Virus record (IMG/VR): IMGVR_UViG_3300013285_000003 | Span: 1-51,833 of that record | Direction: 5' to 3' (one strand) | Source: a virus | Lineage: Duplodnaviria > Caudoviricetes | DNA length: 51,833 nt | Shown here: in pieces, positions 7,875 to 18,199 of the stretch | How positions within the stretch are numbered: the first letter of the stretch is position 1 | How the letters are laid out: every line of letters begins with the position of its first letter | Notes under the pieces: model-generated | Database searches by the model: none | What the model was told of the DNA's origin: nothing | The model's input: the letters and a program-made list of their open reading frames with translations, nothing else | Made by a program: the position numbers and the translations under genes

Positions 7875-9649
7875 GGTTGTCTCCCAAGGGCTGAATTCAA
7901 TTGATCAAGAAGTGAACCTGTAGGCGCCGCTGTAGTAGCTGGTGCCTCACCGTATTGGTTTGCAATTTGCTGACGTGTATTTTCAAACTTAGTGTCAAAC
8001 TCTTGTTTCATCTTAGTGAAATAAGGTGACTGCAAAAACTGATCCCGATCGTTTGATTTTGTAGCAGACTTAAACTCTGTCCATGCTTTATGGAAGGCCA
8101 TGTCACGCTGGGCACGCAGTTGAAGGGCTTCGGATTTTAAACGAATAGCATCTGCTGAATCGCTCGGTAACGCATTGATGCTACCGATCAAACGACGCTC
8201 GCCATCACTGATTTGGCCTTGGCCTTTCATGTCAAGCTTGGCAAACGCTAATGAAATCTGAGCATACTTCTGCGCAGCAACGCTTAACAGGTCTCGACCA
8301 GTCTTGTCCACGCCTTGGAAGTAACCAATAAGCTGCGATGGGGCGAAGGCTACACCCTTAGCCTGAGCATCATTCATGTCTGATACGGCACGGAAAAATG
8401 CGGTTTTTAGTGTTGGGTCTTGCAAAGAATTAAACACTTTGGGGTTTGACTCAATGAGCGAGATTTGATCTTTTGCAAGCTTCTCAAGATCCATTGCACT
8501 AGTAAATGTATCAGTTACATTTTTACCAAATGCAGTATTAGATTCAGCCTCGCCTTTAGCACCTGCTTCAGCCCCAGCCAAAGAAACTTTTCTTTGTGCT
8601 TCAGTTTGAGGTGTACCATCAGTAAAGGTTGTAATCCGATTCTTTTTCAAAAATTCATTAATTTTGGCATCATCACCTTCATTAAGCAATTTTTGCCATT
8701 CTTGAGCCACACTCAAAGCAACCTTCTTCTCGCCATAGACACCAAAGTCAATTGTGGCAAAGTCAGTTTGTTTGAGTTTTGCTTGATTGATTGCTAAGTT
8801 GGCCTCATCAACCGCCGTCCTGCGAGCATTTAAGCGAAGCTCAGCTTGTTGAACACCAAACTTGGCTACATCCAATTGATAGGTGCGGAAGTCTTTTTGC
8901 ATGGCTGCAAGCTCTTTGAACATCGCCCCTTGTTCTGGAGAAATGTTCATAGCAAGAGCAACGTCCCTTTCACTAATTGGACGCATGGTGCTCAGGTTGC
9001 GTGCACCTAGTGGTGTCTGCACGACAGCTTGGTCAGTAGTCTGCATGATCCCAGCGTCAACTGCCGCAGGCGTAATATTAAAACCATAGTTTTCAATTTT
9101 GGCGCCAGTGGGGTTCTCGGCATCTGGCTTAGGCGTACCCATTGGTACAACATTAGGATTAACTGCCGCTGGAGCACCCTGTGGCGGTTGTGCGTTAAGC
9201 ATAGGTGGCTGTGCCGCAGCGGAAGGCTGTGCAGGTGCCTGAGGGCTAAACATGTTTTGCATCTGAGAGAACCCAGCCATCTTTTGCTTGATGCCTAAAC
9301 CCTTCTCTTCTAACTCAAGGCCTAATTTTTGTTGCGCAAATTGGCGCTCAAGATCTTTGTCTTGCTGGTCTGCCAGCACATCAGCCGCATTACCTAAAGC
9401 CTCAAATGCAGATCCAGTTTTGGTAGGTTTTAACAGGGCTGCGCTTAACTTCAGCATTTTTGGATCAAAAAATGGGGTTTGACGCTCAATTAACGTCTGC
9501 TTCATCTTTTGAATCTGATCGTCAAGAGTTAATCGACCCTTTTGAAGCTCAGCAACAGCTCCCATCACAGGATCAGTCACGGCGCCAGTTTGCGTAGCGC
9601 CTGCTTGAGCAGATGCTTGAGACAACGGAGATGTTTGGTCGACTGCCAT
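7871..9649 (-). CDS. Ejection/internal virion protein
   Basis: 592 aa helical, Q/A-rich; MKGQGQISDGER; typical podovirus position. Confidence 0.7.
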   Translation of the reverse strand: MAVDQTSPLSQASAQAGATQTGAVTDPVMGAVAELQKGRLTLDDQIQKMKQTLIERQTPFFDPKMLKLSAALLKPTKTGSAFEALGNAADVLADQQDKDLERQFAQQKLGLELEEKGLGIKQKMAGFSQMQNMFSPQAPAQPSAAAQPPMLNAQPPQGAPAAVNPNVVPMGTPKPDAENPTGAKIENYGFNITPAAVDAGIMQTTDQAVVQTPLGARNLSTMRPISERDVALAMNISPEQGAMFKELAAMQKDFRTYQLDVAKFGVQQAELRLNARRTAVDEANLAINQAKLKQTDFATIDFGVYGEKKVALSVAQEWQKLLNEGDDAKINEFLKKNRITTFTDGTPQTEAQRKVSLAGAEAGAKGEAESNTAFGKNVTDTFTSAMDLEKLAKDQISLIESNPKVFNSLQDPTLKTAFFRAVSDMNDAQAKGVAFAPSQLIGYFQGVDKTGRDLLSVAAQKYAQISLAFAKLDMKGQGQISDGERRLIGSINALPSDSADAIRLKSEALQLRAQRDMAFHKAWTEFKSATKSNDRDQFLQSPYFTKMKQEFDTKFENTRQQIANQYGEAPATTAAPTGSLLDQLNSALGRQP

Positions 9650-9660
9650 TATTTATTCCT

Positions 9661-10983
9661 TTACATTGCGGCATAGCCGTTATTCAATGAATCTGCCCAA
9701 GACATGCCAGTGCTTGGGTTTATGTTGCTTACCAGTGATGGGTCAATATTGGCAGCATAATCCGCACCAAATACGCTACCTGCATTGCTGGTGGTGTTGT
9801 AATCAACGGGACTAGAGCCAGAACCAATTCCCCTAAATAAATTACCAATATTGTTAGCAGCGCCTGACCAGTTAGGGCTTGCCAACAAGCTTGTTAGGCC
9901 AGAGATAGTTTGCAATGGCGATAGGCCTGTTGAATTTTGCGAAGCTGGTTGTGTGAGGCTTGAAGTCGTTGATGTCGGGATCTGATAACCACGCAACAAT
10001 TGCGATTGAGCGGTTGCTGCAGTTAACGGGAACATCTGTGCTGCTTGTGACAATTGTTGCTGTTGGCTACCTGCATTCAAAAGACCCGTTACATCATTCC
10101 AGCTCAAAGCACCTGTCTGTGAGGCTAAATTGCCGCCTGTGTTTGCAGCATTGATTAAGTTCTGTTGTTGTTGAGACGTTAAGTTGCCTTGGATTTGTCC
10201 AATTGAACTTAAATTTTGTTGTTGGGCATTTGTTAAGTTTCCTGCAATTTGACCCAATTGGCCTTGCAAGTTAGCACCAGCCTGAGCTTGTTGCATCGCT
10301 TGCTGGTAGCCAGTGTTTAAAGCGTTAGCTTGTTGACCTGTAATGCCTAAGGCCGCTTGGTTGAGCGTTTGACCTAATGCCTGAGCACCACGCTGAGATC
10401 CGAACTGACCAGCACCGACCACGCCAGCGGTGGTCTGTGGAGCGACGTTTTGCAGAATGTTCTGCTCGCCTAATGTACCGATCGAGTTAACTACGTTGCC
10501 AATATATGGCGACATATAGTTACCAACAGTATTGTAAGTAGGGTTAGCAGCCGAGTTTAAGTAAGGATTAGCTGCGCCCATAGCATCTTTGCTAAGAGCT
10601 GAATTTAAAGCGCCAGAGGCCGCTTGAGTAGGGTCGTAGTTACCGACCTGTCCAAGATAACCCATGCCCATATTCATGGCGGGTTTCCACGCTCCGGGCG
10701 TTTGCGCCGCTAAATCAAATCCTTGTGTTTGAAGAGGACTTGGCCCAGCAAACTGTGGGTTAGAATTTGCGCCTTTTTGGGCAAGGTTATTTAAATAATC
10801 AAGATAAAAACTAGGCGCTGTCGTCTGAGTTGTTTGACCACTTGTGACTAATGGAAGGCTGCCTCCCTGAAAAAAGTTCCCACTTGCACCGGAAGGAGCG
10901 GCAGGGGCAGCACCTATACCTGTACCCGCTCCAGCATTTGCTGGATTATTGTAAAAGCCGGCGTCAACAACAGGATTAACCAT
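9661..10983 (-). CDS. DNA-transfer/pilot-like internal virion protein
   Basis: Q/A/G/N-rich, YMSPYI, AGQFGSQRGAQ. Confidence 0.7.
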   Translation of the reverse strand: MVNPVVDAGFYNNPANAGAGTGIGAAPAAPSGASGNFFQGGSLPLVTSGQTTQTTAPSFYLDYLNNLAQKGANSNPQFAGPSPLQTQGFDLAAQTPGAWKPAMNMGMGYLGQVGNYDPTQAASGALNSALSKDAMGAANPYLNSAANPTYNTVGNYMSPYIGNVVNSIGTLGEQNILQNVAPQTTAGVVGAGQFGSQRGAQALGQTLNQAALGITGQQANALNTGYQQAMQQAQAGANLQGQLGQIAGNLTNAQQQNLSSIGQIQGNLTSQQQQNLINAANTGGNLASQTGALSWNDVTGLLNAGSQQQQLSQAAQMFPLTAATAQSQLLRGYQIPTSTTSSLTQPASQNSTGLSPLQTISGLTSLLASPNWSGAANNIGNLFRGIGSGSSPVDYNTTSNAGSVFGADYAANIDPSLVSNINPSTGMSWADSLNNGYAAM

Positions 10984-10985
10984 AA

Positions 10986-12611
10986 TTATTCCTTCTCAGT
11001 ATTTTTCATTGCTTCTTTGACATATTGTAATGGCAAAGCTTTAGGGGGGATTTTATCGTTTGGAGCGGATCTTTTATGCGACCGAACCGCTTCCCTGAAC
11101 TTATCTAAAAACTTGGCGCCAGCATCAGATGAGCCGTTTCCAAGTTGAGCCACGGTATCCGCATCCCAAACAAACTCACCATCTGCAAGCATTGCGGGGA
11201 TATCATCCGACTGACCGTCTCCCTTACCTTTTACATAGTGGCCTGTCGCACCTGTAATAAATTCAGGCACATGCCGCTTGTCACCGTCTTGAAATGACAT
11301 GCTCTGCATGATCATGCTAAGCAGGCGTGGGTCGATATCTTGAAGTTCTGGGTGCCTACCCATTGACTCTTTAATATAACCACCGTGCGCAGCATGCAAT
11401 CCACCCTCAAAAACTGATGATGGCTTGATGTCAGAGACATTAGAGTAATGAGATGGGTCAATATAAGTTAAAGGTTTATAGTCAATCAAACCACTTATAT
11501 TTGTGGTTGGTGCAGATCCTGTACTGATTAATTGTGGCGTCAAATTACCCATCGCCATACTACTAGAACCAGATCCACCGCCAGATCCACCTCCGACTCC
11601 GTTGCCCAATCCATTTAATGGATTATTTCCTGCACCCGATCCACCACCCGCACCGGGAGATCCACCACCCGATCCACCACCCAATAAACCGCCTAAAAGG
11701 CCTGCACCAGACAATCCCATTTTGGCGTACTTTAGTGCATCAGCAAGAGTTAATCCTGTGCCTGCTTGTGCACCATAACCGCCTAACGCACCTTGCTCAT
11801 ACTGCCCCATTAGCGCAGAGGCTTCAGCATCGGTTAAACCTCCGCTAAGGCCAGAAAATCCTGCTGCGCCTGTGGCTTCACCGCCTAAACCCATTAATGC
11901 TTCGGTGCCAGCAGCAGTCAACTCACCACTTGCTGAGATTAATCCCGTGTTTACTGCTTGATCTAGCGTCATACCCAGACCGCCAGCCAAATCAAAAGCT
12001 CCTTGCCCTGCTACGCTGGCAGCGGCATCAGCGGCTGTGAATGCACCAATATCACCACCAATTGTGCCTAGAACACCAGCACCTAATTCTCCAGCACCCG
12101 CAGCTCCTACAGCACCAGCACCTAAAGCGCCTGCAGCTAATCCACCCGAGCCAATAGCAGCAGCGGTAAGTAAGAATTTATGAAATAGCGGGTCTTTAGC
12201 TGTTGATCTCAAATCGTAGCCGATGTCACCAAACACCCCACCACCATGAACTGGGGCTTTCATGTAAGCAGCATCACCAATCGTGCCACCCACCATAGGG
12301 GTGCTAGTAGGCCGAGTAGTTTGTTCACCATTTGAATCTAAAAATAATAACTGTCCGTCACCGTTTGTGGCTTGACGAGGCGTATTAGCCGTAATCTTCT
12401 CGCCTTCTTTTACAATAGGGTTGAACGAGTTAACGTCCATGATTCCCTTGCGGGTTAAAATTGCTTTTAAACCTGAGTCGTCATAAAACTGAGTTGGCGT
12501 GCCTTCGTAGTTTGGTACCTCATGACGGGTGGTGTTGCTTATGTCATAGGGTGTATTTGACGCACCCATTAACGGGGTATAGCCGCCCTCACCGCCTGTG
12601 TAATCGCTCAT
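10986..12611 (-). CDS. Gly/Ala-rich internal virion protein with C-terminal GDGQSDDIPAMLADGEFV domain
   Basis: Hydrophobic Gly/Ala segments, FEGG/AAHGG motifs, conserved-looking C-terminal domain; ATGA overlap supports the start at 12611. Confidence 0.7.
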   Translation of the reverse strand: MSDYTGGEGGYTPLMGASNTPYDISNTTRHEVPNYEGTPTQFYDDSGLKAILTRKGIMDVNSFNPIVKEGEKITANTPRQATNGDGQLLFLDSNGEQTTRPTSTPMVGGTIGDAAYMKAPVHGGGVFGDIGYDLRSTAKDPLFHKFLLTAAAIGSGGLAAGALGAGAVGAAGAGELGAGVLGTIGGDIGAFTAADAAASVAGQGAFDLAGGLGMTLDQAVNTGLISASGELTAAGTEALMGLGGEATGAAGFSGLSGGLTDAEASALMGQYEQGALGGYGAQAGTGLTLADALKYAKMGLSGAGLLGGLLGGGSGGGSPGAGGGSGAGNNPLNGLGNGVGGGSGGGSGSSSMAMGNLTPQLISTGSAPTTNISGLIDYKPLTYIDPSHYSNVSDIKPSSVFEGGLHAAHGGYIKESMGRHPELQDIDPRLLSMIMQSMSFQDGDKRHVPEFITGATGHYVKGKGDGQSDDIPAMLADGEFVWDADTVAQLGNGSSDAGAKFLDKFREAVRSHKRSAPNDKIPPKALPLQYVKEAMKNTEKE

Positions 12612-12847
12612 GTTGTCGCCTTTATATCCATAATGCCAACTAGTGCTTGCGCCCAGTCTTGCCAAGTTTCAAACCCACGGCTGTCTGGCACACCTGAATT
12701 ACCAAAGTATCCAATACCAGATAGGCCATCTACCCATTCTTTCCAATCTTCTTCTTCAACCGTACCAAGTTGTTGTGCTGCAAATAACTCAGACATAAGA
12801 GGACAGTATTGATCCCACTCCATCCCACGAGGGTCGTAGACGATCAT
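12608..12847 (-). CDS. Small Trp-rich tail-module protein
   Basis: 79 aa, coupled to the nozzle gene. Confidence 0.65.
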   Translation of the reverse strand: MIVYDPRGMEWDQYCPLMSELFAAQQLGTVEEEDWKEWVDGLSGIGYFGNSGVPDSRGFETWQDWAQALVGIMDIKATT

Positions 12848-14616
12848 GGGTTGCCAGTGCTGCGCTCATCTCCACCCTCGGCAGACAAGAGAACTAAACC
12901 AGTCTCGTAATTACCATTGACTACGTTCGACCCAAACCTTAAACGCATCTCTCGACGCTGCTCACGCATATCGATCTTCAGAGTAGTAGGGTCAAAATAA
13001 TAAGGGTCGCTAGGATCATCATCATCATCAGCGTAGCCTTTACCAGTAACAATCAAGTACATCTGGCCAGACTGAACAAAGTCGGGTTCGACACGCTCAA
13101 GGCGTATCCACTTGTTAGGCCCCATCGGGGAGTTTTGCCCCGGACCGCCGTTCACCCAACCCAAAGAATTTGTCTCAAAGTAACTCTCGATCGCCGACTC
13201 TTGCGTGAGGTTCACCACGTTCGTACCAGTCTCGTGTTGCCACAACACATACTTTGATGAGCTATTAGGTTCATTGCCTGCCCAGATTGGACGTCGAAAC
13301 ACCTCGCTGAATACGCCTGCTGAACGACGTGCACCTAATGCCTGACCAGCGTCGTACCAAACTTGATCTCTCACGTTAAAGACGATTGCATCTGTGCACT
13401 CGGTAGCATTACCTTTAGGGTAAAACCACCAGATTTCACCCCATCTAGGCACCTTCGAAACCCATACTTTTTGACGTTGCGTGTAGTTCAGGTTATCAAA
13501 AAAGTAATTGATGTTCATGTTGTTCTTGATTTCAGACACAACACCGTTGTACATAAGAAATCGATCGACACCGCACCAAAAATACATGCCGTCGTATTCA
13601 ATCACTGAAGACGAAGAGAGCATCGAGCTTTGGCTGCTGATGATGTCATAGCGCCAATAAATAGTCGCTGCACCAACCGTCTGAGGAGCGTAGCTCACTC
13701 GGATCACAGAGTCTAGCGACCAAAACAAGCCAGAAGGTGAGGTTGTGCCGCCACGCAAGGGCAAACCTTTTACAATCTTGGTAGAGGCCACATTGTTAGC
13801 GTTAGCGTCTGCACCAACCCAGTTTTGAAAGTTACCTGCAGAGCTATTCTGAATCAACCCGTTGTTGCCATAAACAAACAAATATGGGTAGAGCATGACT
13901 ACGCCTCCAGATACATTGATCTGGTTGTCAAAGGTGAGCGTTTGTGTACCGCTTGAGGTGGCTGTTCCGCTAATAACTACGGTTGTAGAACCACTACCAA
14001 CTGTTGAGCTAATGACAAAAGACCCTGTAGGCAATCCAGCTCCCGTGACTAACTGTCCCGCATAGATCAAGGCATTTGTGCCAGTAATCACAAAGGTGCT
14101 ATTTGGCGTACCAATCGTCATCGTACCCGTAGCGCTGAATTTACCGACTTCAGTTAAAGCACCGCTGGGAAAATCCCCATAGAGGACAGGCGTATTTATT
14201 GTTGAGTCAATATGTTCTAGATTTCGCCCAGCATGCGCAATAAGCTTACTTTTACCTGCACCTGTTGAGTCAAAACCCACATCAAATTGCCACAAGTTAA
14301 CAGTGCTTGAAGTGAATCCCGTCATGCTAATGGTGGTCGGACCTGTCCCCACACCATCATCATCATCTGTTTGCCACATCTCTAAGCCAGCCGAGTAGCC
14401 AGAGTAAACGTAATTCAATCCGCTATCAGAACTCATAATCATGCCACGGCTAATACCCGAAGCGTTTTGAAAGATGCCCTTATAACCACCCATCTTTCTT
14501 GGGCGCCCACGTTGAAATCTCATCCACTTACCATCAACGTAAGTAGGTGCATCAAATAGCGTTCCATCCCGCTGGATGCCTGCCTTGATGTTTAGTGAGA
14601 TTACATTTGCGCTCAT
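12844..14616 (-). CDS. Tail nozzle/hub protein (P22 gp10 / T7 gp12-like)
   Basis: 590 aa beta-rich; GMYFWCGVDRFLMYNG, EIWWFYP, position. Confidence 0.7.
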   Translation of the reverse strand: MSANVISLNIKAGIQRDGTLFDAPTYVDGKWMRFQRGRPRKMGGYKGIFQNASGISRGMIMSSDSGLNYVYSGYSAGLEMWQTDDDDGVGTGPTTISMTGFTSSTVNLWQFDVGFDSTGAGKSKLIAHAGRNLEHIDSTINTPVLYGDFPSGALTEVGKFSATGTMTIGTPNSTFVITGTNALIYAGQLVTGAGLPTGSFVISSTVGSGSTTVVISGTATSSGTQTLTFDNQINVSGGVVMLYPYLFVYGNNGLIQNSSAGNFQNWVGADANANNVASTKIVKGLPLRGGTTSPSGLFWSLDSVIRVSYAPQTVGAATIYWRYDIISSQSSMLSSSSVIEYDGMYFWCGVDRFLMYNGVVSEIKNNMNINYFFDNLNYTQRQKVWVSKVPRWGEIWWFYPKGNATECTDAIVFNVRDQVWYDAGQALGARRSAGVFSEVFRRPIWAGNEPNSSSKYVLWQHETGTNVVNLTQESAIESYFETNSLGWVNGGPGQNSPMGPNKWIRLERVEPDFVQSGQMYLIVTGKGYADDDDDPSDPYYFDPTTLKIDMREQRREMRLRFGSNVVNGNYETGLVLLSAEGGDERSTGNP

Positions 14617-15836
14617 TAAAACGTGCCCCCACTGATGCCTGCGGGAACAAATAACCCAGCCGTAGTCAACGTCAAGGCATTTGCGCCATTTAATGCAAGA
14701 CCAATCTGATTGGTAGCAGGCTGATAAATACCCGTGTTGGTATTACCTGTGAAATTAATCGATGGTGTTGCTGCAGACCCCGTACCTACGGTGAGCGAGG
14801 TAATTGAGCCGCCAGAGGCCGAGCTTGAGTTGTAGACGTTTGTTCCATCACAGACAACAGTCAAAGTCTGGCCTTGAGGCACAGTAACCGTCGCAGCGCC
14901 AGAGGCCGAAGTCTTAAAAGTTAGCGAGTAAGACCCAGTCGTCTGGTTGTTTAAATAATAGATTTGAACCGTTGAAGGCAATACGATAATAACATTGCTA
15001 GTCAACACCCCGAAATACTCTTGTACAACGTTCGCATACTCAACCGCTGTAAGCGTGTAGGTGCCCGTTGTAACCGTCTTGGCTAGTTGGGTATAGGCAA
15101 ATACGTTTGAGCGCCCATAGGCGAACGTAGAGTACCCATTGACGCCATTAGATACAACAACGAGCGACTCAGTTAACTGAAGTTGCTGACTAGAGTTTGT
15201 ATCAATCGTATTTGTGCCGCTAGGGGTCAGAGTAACAATACCCGAGCCACCGTTGCGGATCATTACAAACCAACCGTTGCCCACCGTTGAGGCCAAGGGT
15301 AGGGTAATTGTGCCAACACCTGATGACCAGACCAAAAACTGAGAACGGTAGGTATTATTCAAAACAACACTTGAGAACAATGCGCTTTCAGCATATTGCT
15401 GGTTAAGCGTTGTGTTAATTGCTGTTAAACCATATCCCGCAAGCGCCGCAGCATTGGCGGCGGAAGTTCCAGCCCCAAAAGTAACAGTAGACCAAGTGCC
15501 ATTGTTTGTAGTGTTATCCGTTAAAAAGATGTATTGAGCAACGCCTGAGGCAATCGCAATAATTGTATTGCCTGAAATATCAGTAACAGTAAAAGACGTG
15601 GCGCCAATGTTTTGAATCAGCACGCTTTGGCCTGTGCTTACTTGTAACGCAGAAGGCAAATAAAGTTTCAAGCTTGAGGCCGAGGCCGTGACTTGAATGA
15701 TGTTGGCAACCACATTGGCATTGTTGCCGTTGATAGGCCATTGTAAAAAGGTATCAGCAGCAAGCGTGAGGCTCTCATACCCAACTTGACTTGGGCTAAG
15801 GGTCTGACCAGTAAATGGGTCGGTATATGTGCTCAT
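14616..15836 (-). CDS. Tail fibre/spike-base protein
   Basis: T/S/G-rich beta repeats, PSINFTGNTNTGIYQP motif. Confidence 0.65.
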   Translation of the reverse strand: MSTYTDPFTGQTLSPSQVGYESLTLAADTFLQWPINGNNANVVANIIQVTASASSLKLYLPSALQVSTGQSVLIQNIGATSFTVTDISGNTIIAIASGVAQYIFLTDNTTNNGTWSTVTFGAGTSAANAAALAGYGLTAINTTLNQQYAESALFSSVVLNNTYRSQFLVWSSGVGTITLPLASTVGNGWFVMIRNGGSGIVTLTPSGTNTIDTNSSQQLQLTESLVVVSNGVNGYSTFAYGRSNVFAYTQLAKTVTTGTYTLTAVEYANVVQEYFGVLTSNVIIVLPSTVQIYYLNNQTTGSYSLTFKTSASGAATVTVPQGQTLTVVCDGTNVYNSSSASGGSITSLTVGTGSAATPSINFTGNTNTGIYQPATNQIGLALNGANALTLTTAGLFVPAGISGGTF

Positions 15837-15844
15837 GTTGACTC

Positions 15845-16477
15845 CTATGAATCCACGGCAATAGCCTGACGATCACCCACTCGAGTAACGTCTTCCGCTT
15901 TCAGTGCCGCAAGTGCTTCTTGATACTTTTGTTGGAAAATCTGGCGTGCATCGTTCTTTAAAAACGGCATTGCTTGCAGCAGTGTTCCAAAAAGCATCGC
16001 ATTTGGAGCGTTTTGGGTGATCCAGTTAGTTTGATTTGATGAAGACAACGGCTCAAGGCGCTCATAATAAAGAACCTCAAAAGGGTAGGCCTTATCTGGA
16101 GTCGGTGCAACCAACCAATGATCATAGTCATAGTCCGCATAAAACAGCGGTAGGCCAGTCGTTGTAGCGTCTGGGGTATACGACTTCAGGTACTCGTATT
16201 TGCGCAGCAACACGGGGCTTTTAGAGCCATTTGATGAAACTTCCATAGAGGTTGTCTTACGCCACCGAGCAGGCTTTTGAATGACAGGGTTGCCAATAGT
16301 CATGGTGGACTCAACAACTTGCATTTGGCCTAGCGTTTTGATCTGTTGAGCAATCTCAAATTCTGCAAGGGTGATAAAGGTTCGGATGGCCTCAACCACA
16401 GCCGCATCACGACGCTCTAGGTACTGGAGCACCATGGTATTCAAACTGTCGTAGGTCATTACCCAAGAGACGGTCAT
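15845..16477 (-). CDS. Head-tail adaptor / tail tubular protein A-like
   Basis: MTYDSL..FITLAE, P.FYA, VAPTPD, TNWITQNAP.AMLFGTL. Confidence 0.7.
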   Translation of the reverse strand: MTVSWVMTYDSLNTMVLQYLERRDAAVVEAIRTFITLAEFEIAQQIKTLGQMQVVESTMTIGNPVIQKPARWRKTTSMEVSSNGSKSPVLLRKYEYLKSYTPDATTTGLPLFYADYDYDHWLVAPTPDKAYPFEVLYYERLEPLSSSNQTNWITQNAPNAMLFGTLLQAMPFLKNDARQIFQQKYQEALAALKAEDVTRVGDRQAIAVDS

Positions 16478-16482
16478 AGCAA

Positions 16483-17019
16483 TTATCCAATCATTGAGGT
16501 AGCTTTCAGTTTAACTGCTGCAACACGGTTCAGCCAGCCTGTGCCGTACACAGAAAACGTGTCAAGGCTGCGGTAAAACGCTTCTTTTTCTGCGCTAAAC
16601 TTTTCAATCAGCACAGCAGGGTCAACCGCCCACACAGCTGCCATCGTAATGGGTCCTAGTCCACCATCAGGCGTTGTACCCACAGCAGTTTGTAAAATCT
16701 TAATAGAGCGCCCCGGACCCGCATTGACACCCATATCGAACACTAAGTAATCAATACCGTTTGGCAGCTTATCGCCTTGCACAACGTCCCAATACTTTTT
16801 CTTGTACAGGGGTTCTACGTCAGCAGCGGTGAGCTTACGCATATCATCGTGCGTGACTTGATGCCCAACGTGCTGTTCCCAGTTGTACTGCGTCACGCCA
16901 AGCATGGTCGAGCCTTTACGCCCGTCTGGTAGCTTGTTGCCGTTATCACGCTCGTCGTCAGTGAAGCCACCTTCACTTTTAAGCATCTGTTCAAATGCTT
17001 GCTGCCAATTTTTAACCAT
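16483..17019 (-). CDS. Endolysin, glycoside hydrolase family 108 with peptidoglycan-binding domain
   Basis: SEGGF, TMLGVTQ, YKKKYWD, FDMGVNAGPGR, LQTAVG..DGGLGP.T, GWLNRV. Confidence 0.9.
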   Translation of the reverse strand: MVKNWQQAFEQMLKSEGGFTDDERDNGNKLPDGRKGSTMLGVTQYNWEQHVGHQVTHDDMRKLTAADVEPLYKKKYWDVVQGDKLPNGIDYLVFDMGVNAGPGRSIKILQTAVGTTPDGGLGPITMAAVWAVDPAVLIEKFSAEKEAFYRSLDTFSVYGTGWLNRVAAVKLKATSMIG

Positions 17020-17470
17020 GATTTGCATACACCCCATGAAATTTGTTTCGAGCTTCAGTAACCACTAATTCTGCAAGTTCTAAATCAGCATACAAACCAA
17101 GATGCATACTTTTGTTATTTACTTGCAGCCGAACTTGATACTTTCCACACTTGTGCAACCGGACACCCTTTATATTAGACATAGAATTTGTATTGGCATT
17201 TCTATTCCACGCATTTTGAGAAAGAGATACTTCCCTTAAATTATCAATTTTGTTGTTTGTGGGGTTTCCGTCAATGTGGTCAATTTGTTTAGGCAAATAA
17301 CCGTGATGCATTAAAAAGACAATACGGTGAACAAAATAATTTTGCCCTTTTATGTTAGCTCGCAAATGCCCAAAACGATTTGGTGCTTTCATCACTTTAT
17401 TGTTTTTCTTGCGTATTAAATTGCCGTCTTGATATTCAAACAATTCTAGACATTCTTTTTGATGAATCAT
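17012..17470 (-). mobile_element. HNH-AP2 homing endonuclease gene
   Basis: VHRIVF..IDHIDGNPTNNKIDNLR..N; AP2-like KGVR..KYQVRL..HLGLY; AT-rich insertion in the lysis cassette. Confidence 0.85.
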
Positions 17471-17583
17471 GTCTGACTCCATAGTATTTTGCGAACTAAA
17501 AAACATATAACTCGTTCGGGTGTGGGTTTGTATAGCCATTTCTTCACCCTCTCGTATTCACGCAAGATGGCTTCATCGGTCAC
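17467..17583 (-). CDS. Small ORF (38 aa)
   Basis: GTGA and ATGA overlaps at both ends; hand translation MTDEAILREYERVKKWLYKPTPERVICFLVRKILWSQT. Confidence 0.45.
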   Translation of the reverse strand: MTDEAILREYERVKKWLYKPTPERVICFLVRKILWSQT

Positions 17584-17792
17584 TTTTGGTCATCCTTCCC
17601 AATTTTTATCCCAGCGATCGTGCCTACAAATGCGCCAACCACCATGTTGAACGCCGGATTTATTAATTTAAACACTTCAGCGTTGTCCACCCGTGCATCA
17701 AACAGACCAATCAATACAACAGCTACCGTAGACAACAACACAATTGATAGTGAGATACAACAAATAATCGTTATTTGATCTGCGACTTTCAT
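17580..17792 (-). CDS. Two-TM membrane protein (holin/antiholin candidate)
   Basis: Two hydrophobic segments, PAFNMVVGAFVG; ATGA overlap with Rz. Confidence 0.6.
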   Translation of the reverse strand: MKVADQITIICCISLSIVLLSTVAVVLIGLFDARVDNAEVFKLINPAFNMVVGAFVGTIAGIKIGKDDQK

Positions 17793-18199
17793 TTGATACT
17801 CCGCACCCAATTCTGTAACTCTGTTAGTTGGAGCGTGGTTTCAGCACAGCGTCTAACAAGTCCTGCGTCGGGGGCGGGGCGAGCAGGGCAGGCGGTGGGC
17901 TTGGAAACGGTGGGCACACTACCGCTACTGGCACTGGTGTCGAGCAGCCGCTCACCATAATAACTATGCACAGCAGACAAACGAGCCTCATATTGATTTG
18001 CGATTGCAGTTGATATAGTTTCATGCTCTTTCACCTTTGCTTGGTTGATGACTTCCTGTGCCTTGCCCACGGCGGCAACTTCTGCTTGGTACGCTACTAG
18101 CTTTTTGTGTTCGTGATTCCAGCCCATAAAGTACATGACAGCGCACAGGGCTAGGGCTGCGCCAATTTTAATCAGTAGAGTGCTTGGCAGTGGAAACAT
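17789..18199 (-). CDS. Inner-membrane spanin (Rz-like)
   Basis: N-terminal TM, coiled coil, LQNWVR end, embedded lipoprotein gene. Confidence 0.8.
   Translation of the reverse strand: MFPLPSTLLIKIGAALALCAVMYFMGWNHEHKKLVAYQAEVAAVGKAQEVINQAKVKEHETISTAIANQYEARLSAVHSYYGERLLDTSASSGSVPTVSKPTACPARPAPDAGLVRRCAETTLQLTELQNWVRSIK
17824..17991 (-). CDS. Outer-membrane spanin lipoprotein (Rz1-like), embedded in Rz
   Basis: MRLVCLLCIVIMVSG-C lipobox followed by Pro-rich CPPFPSPPPALLAPPP. Confidence 0.8.
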   Translation of the reverse strand: MRLVCLLCIVIMVSGCSTPVPVAVVCPPFPSPPPALLAPPPTQDLLDAVLKPRSN

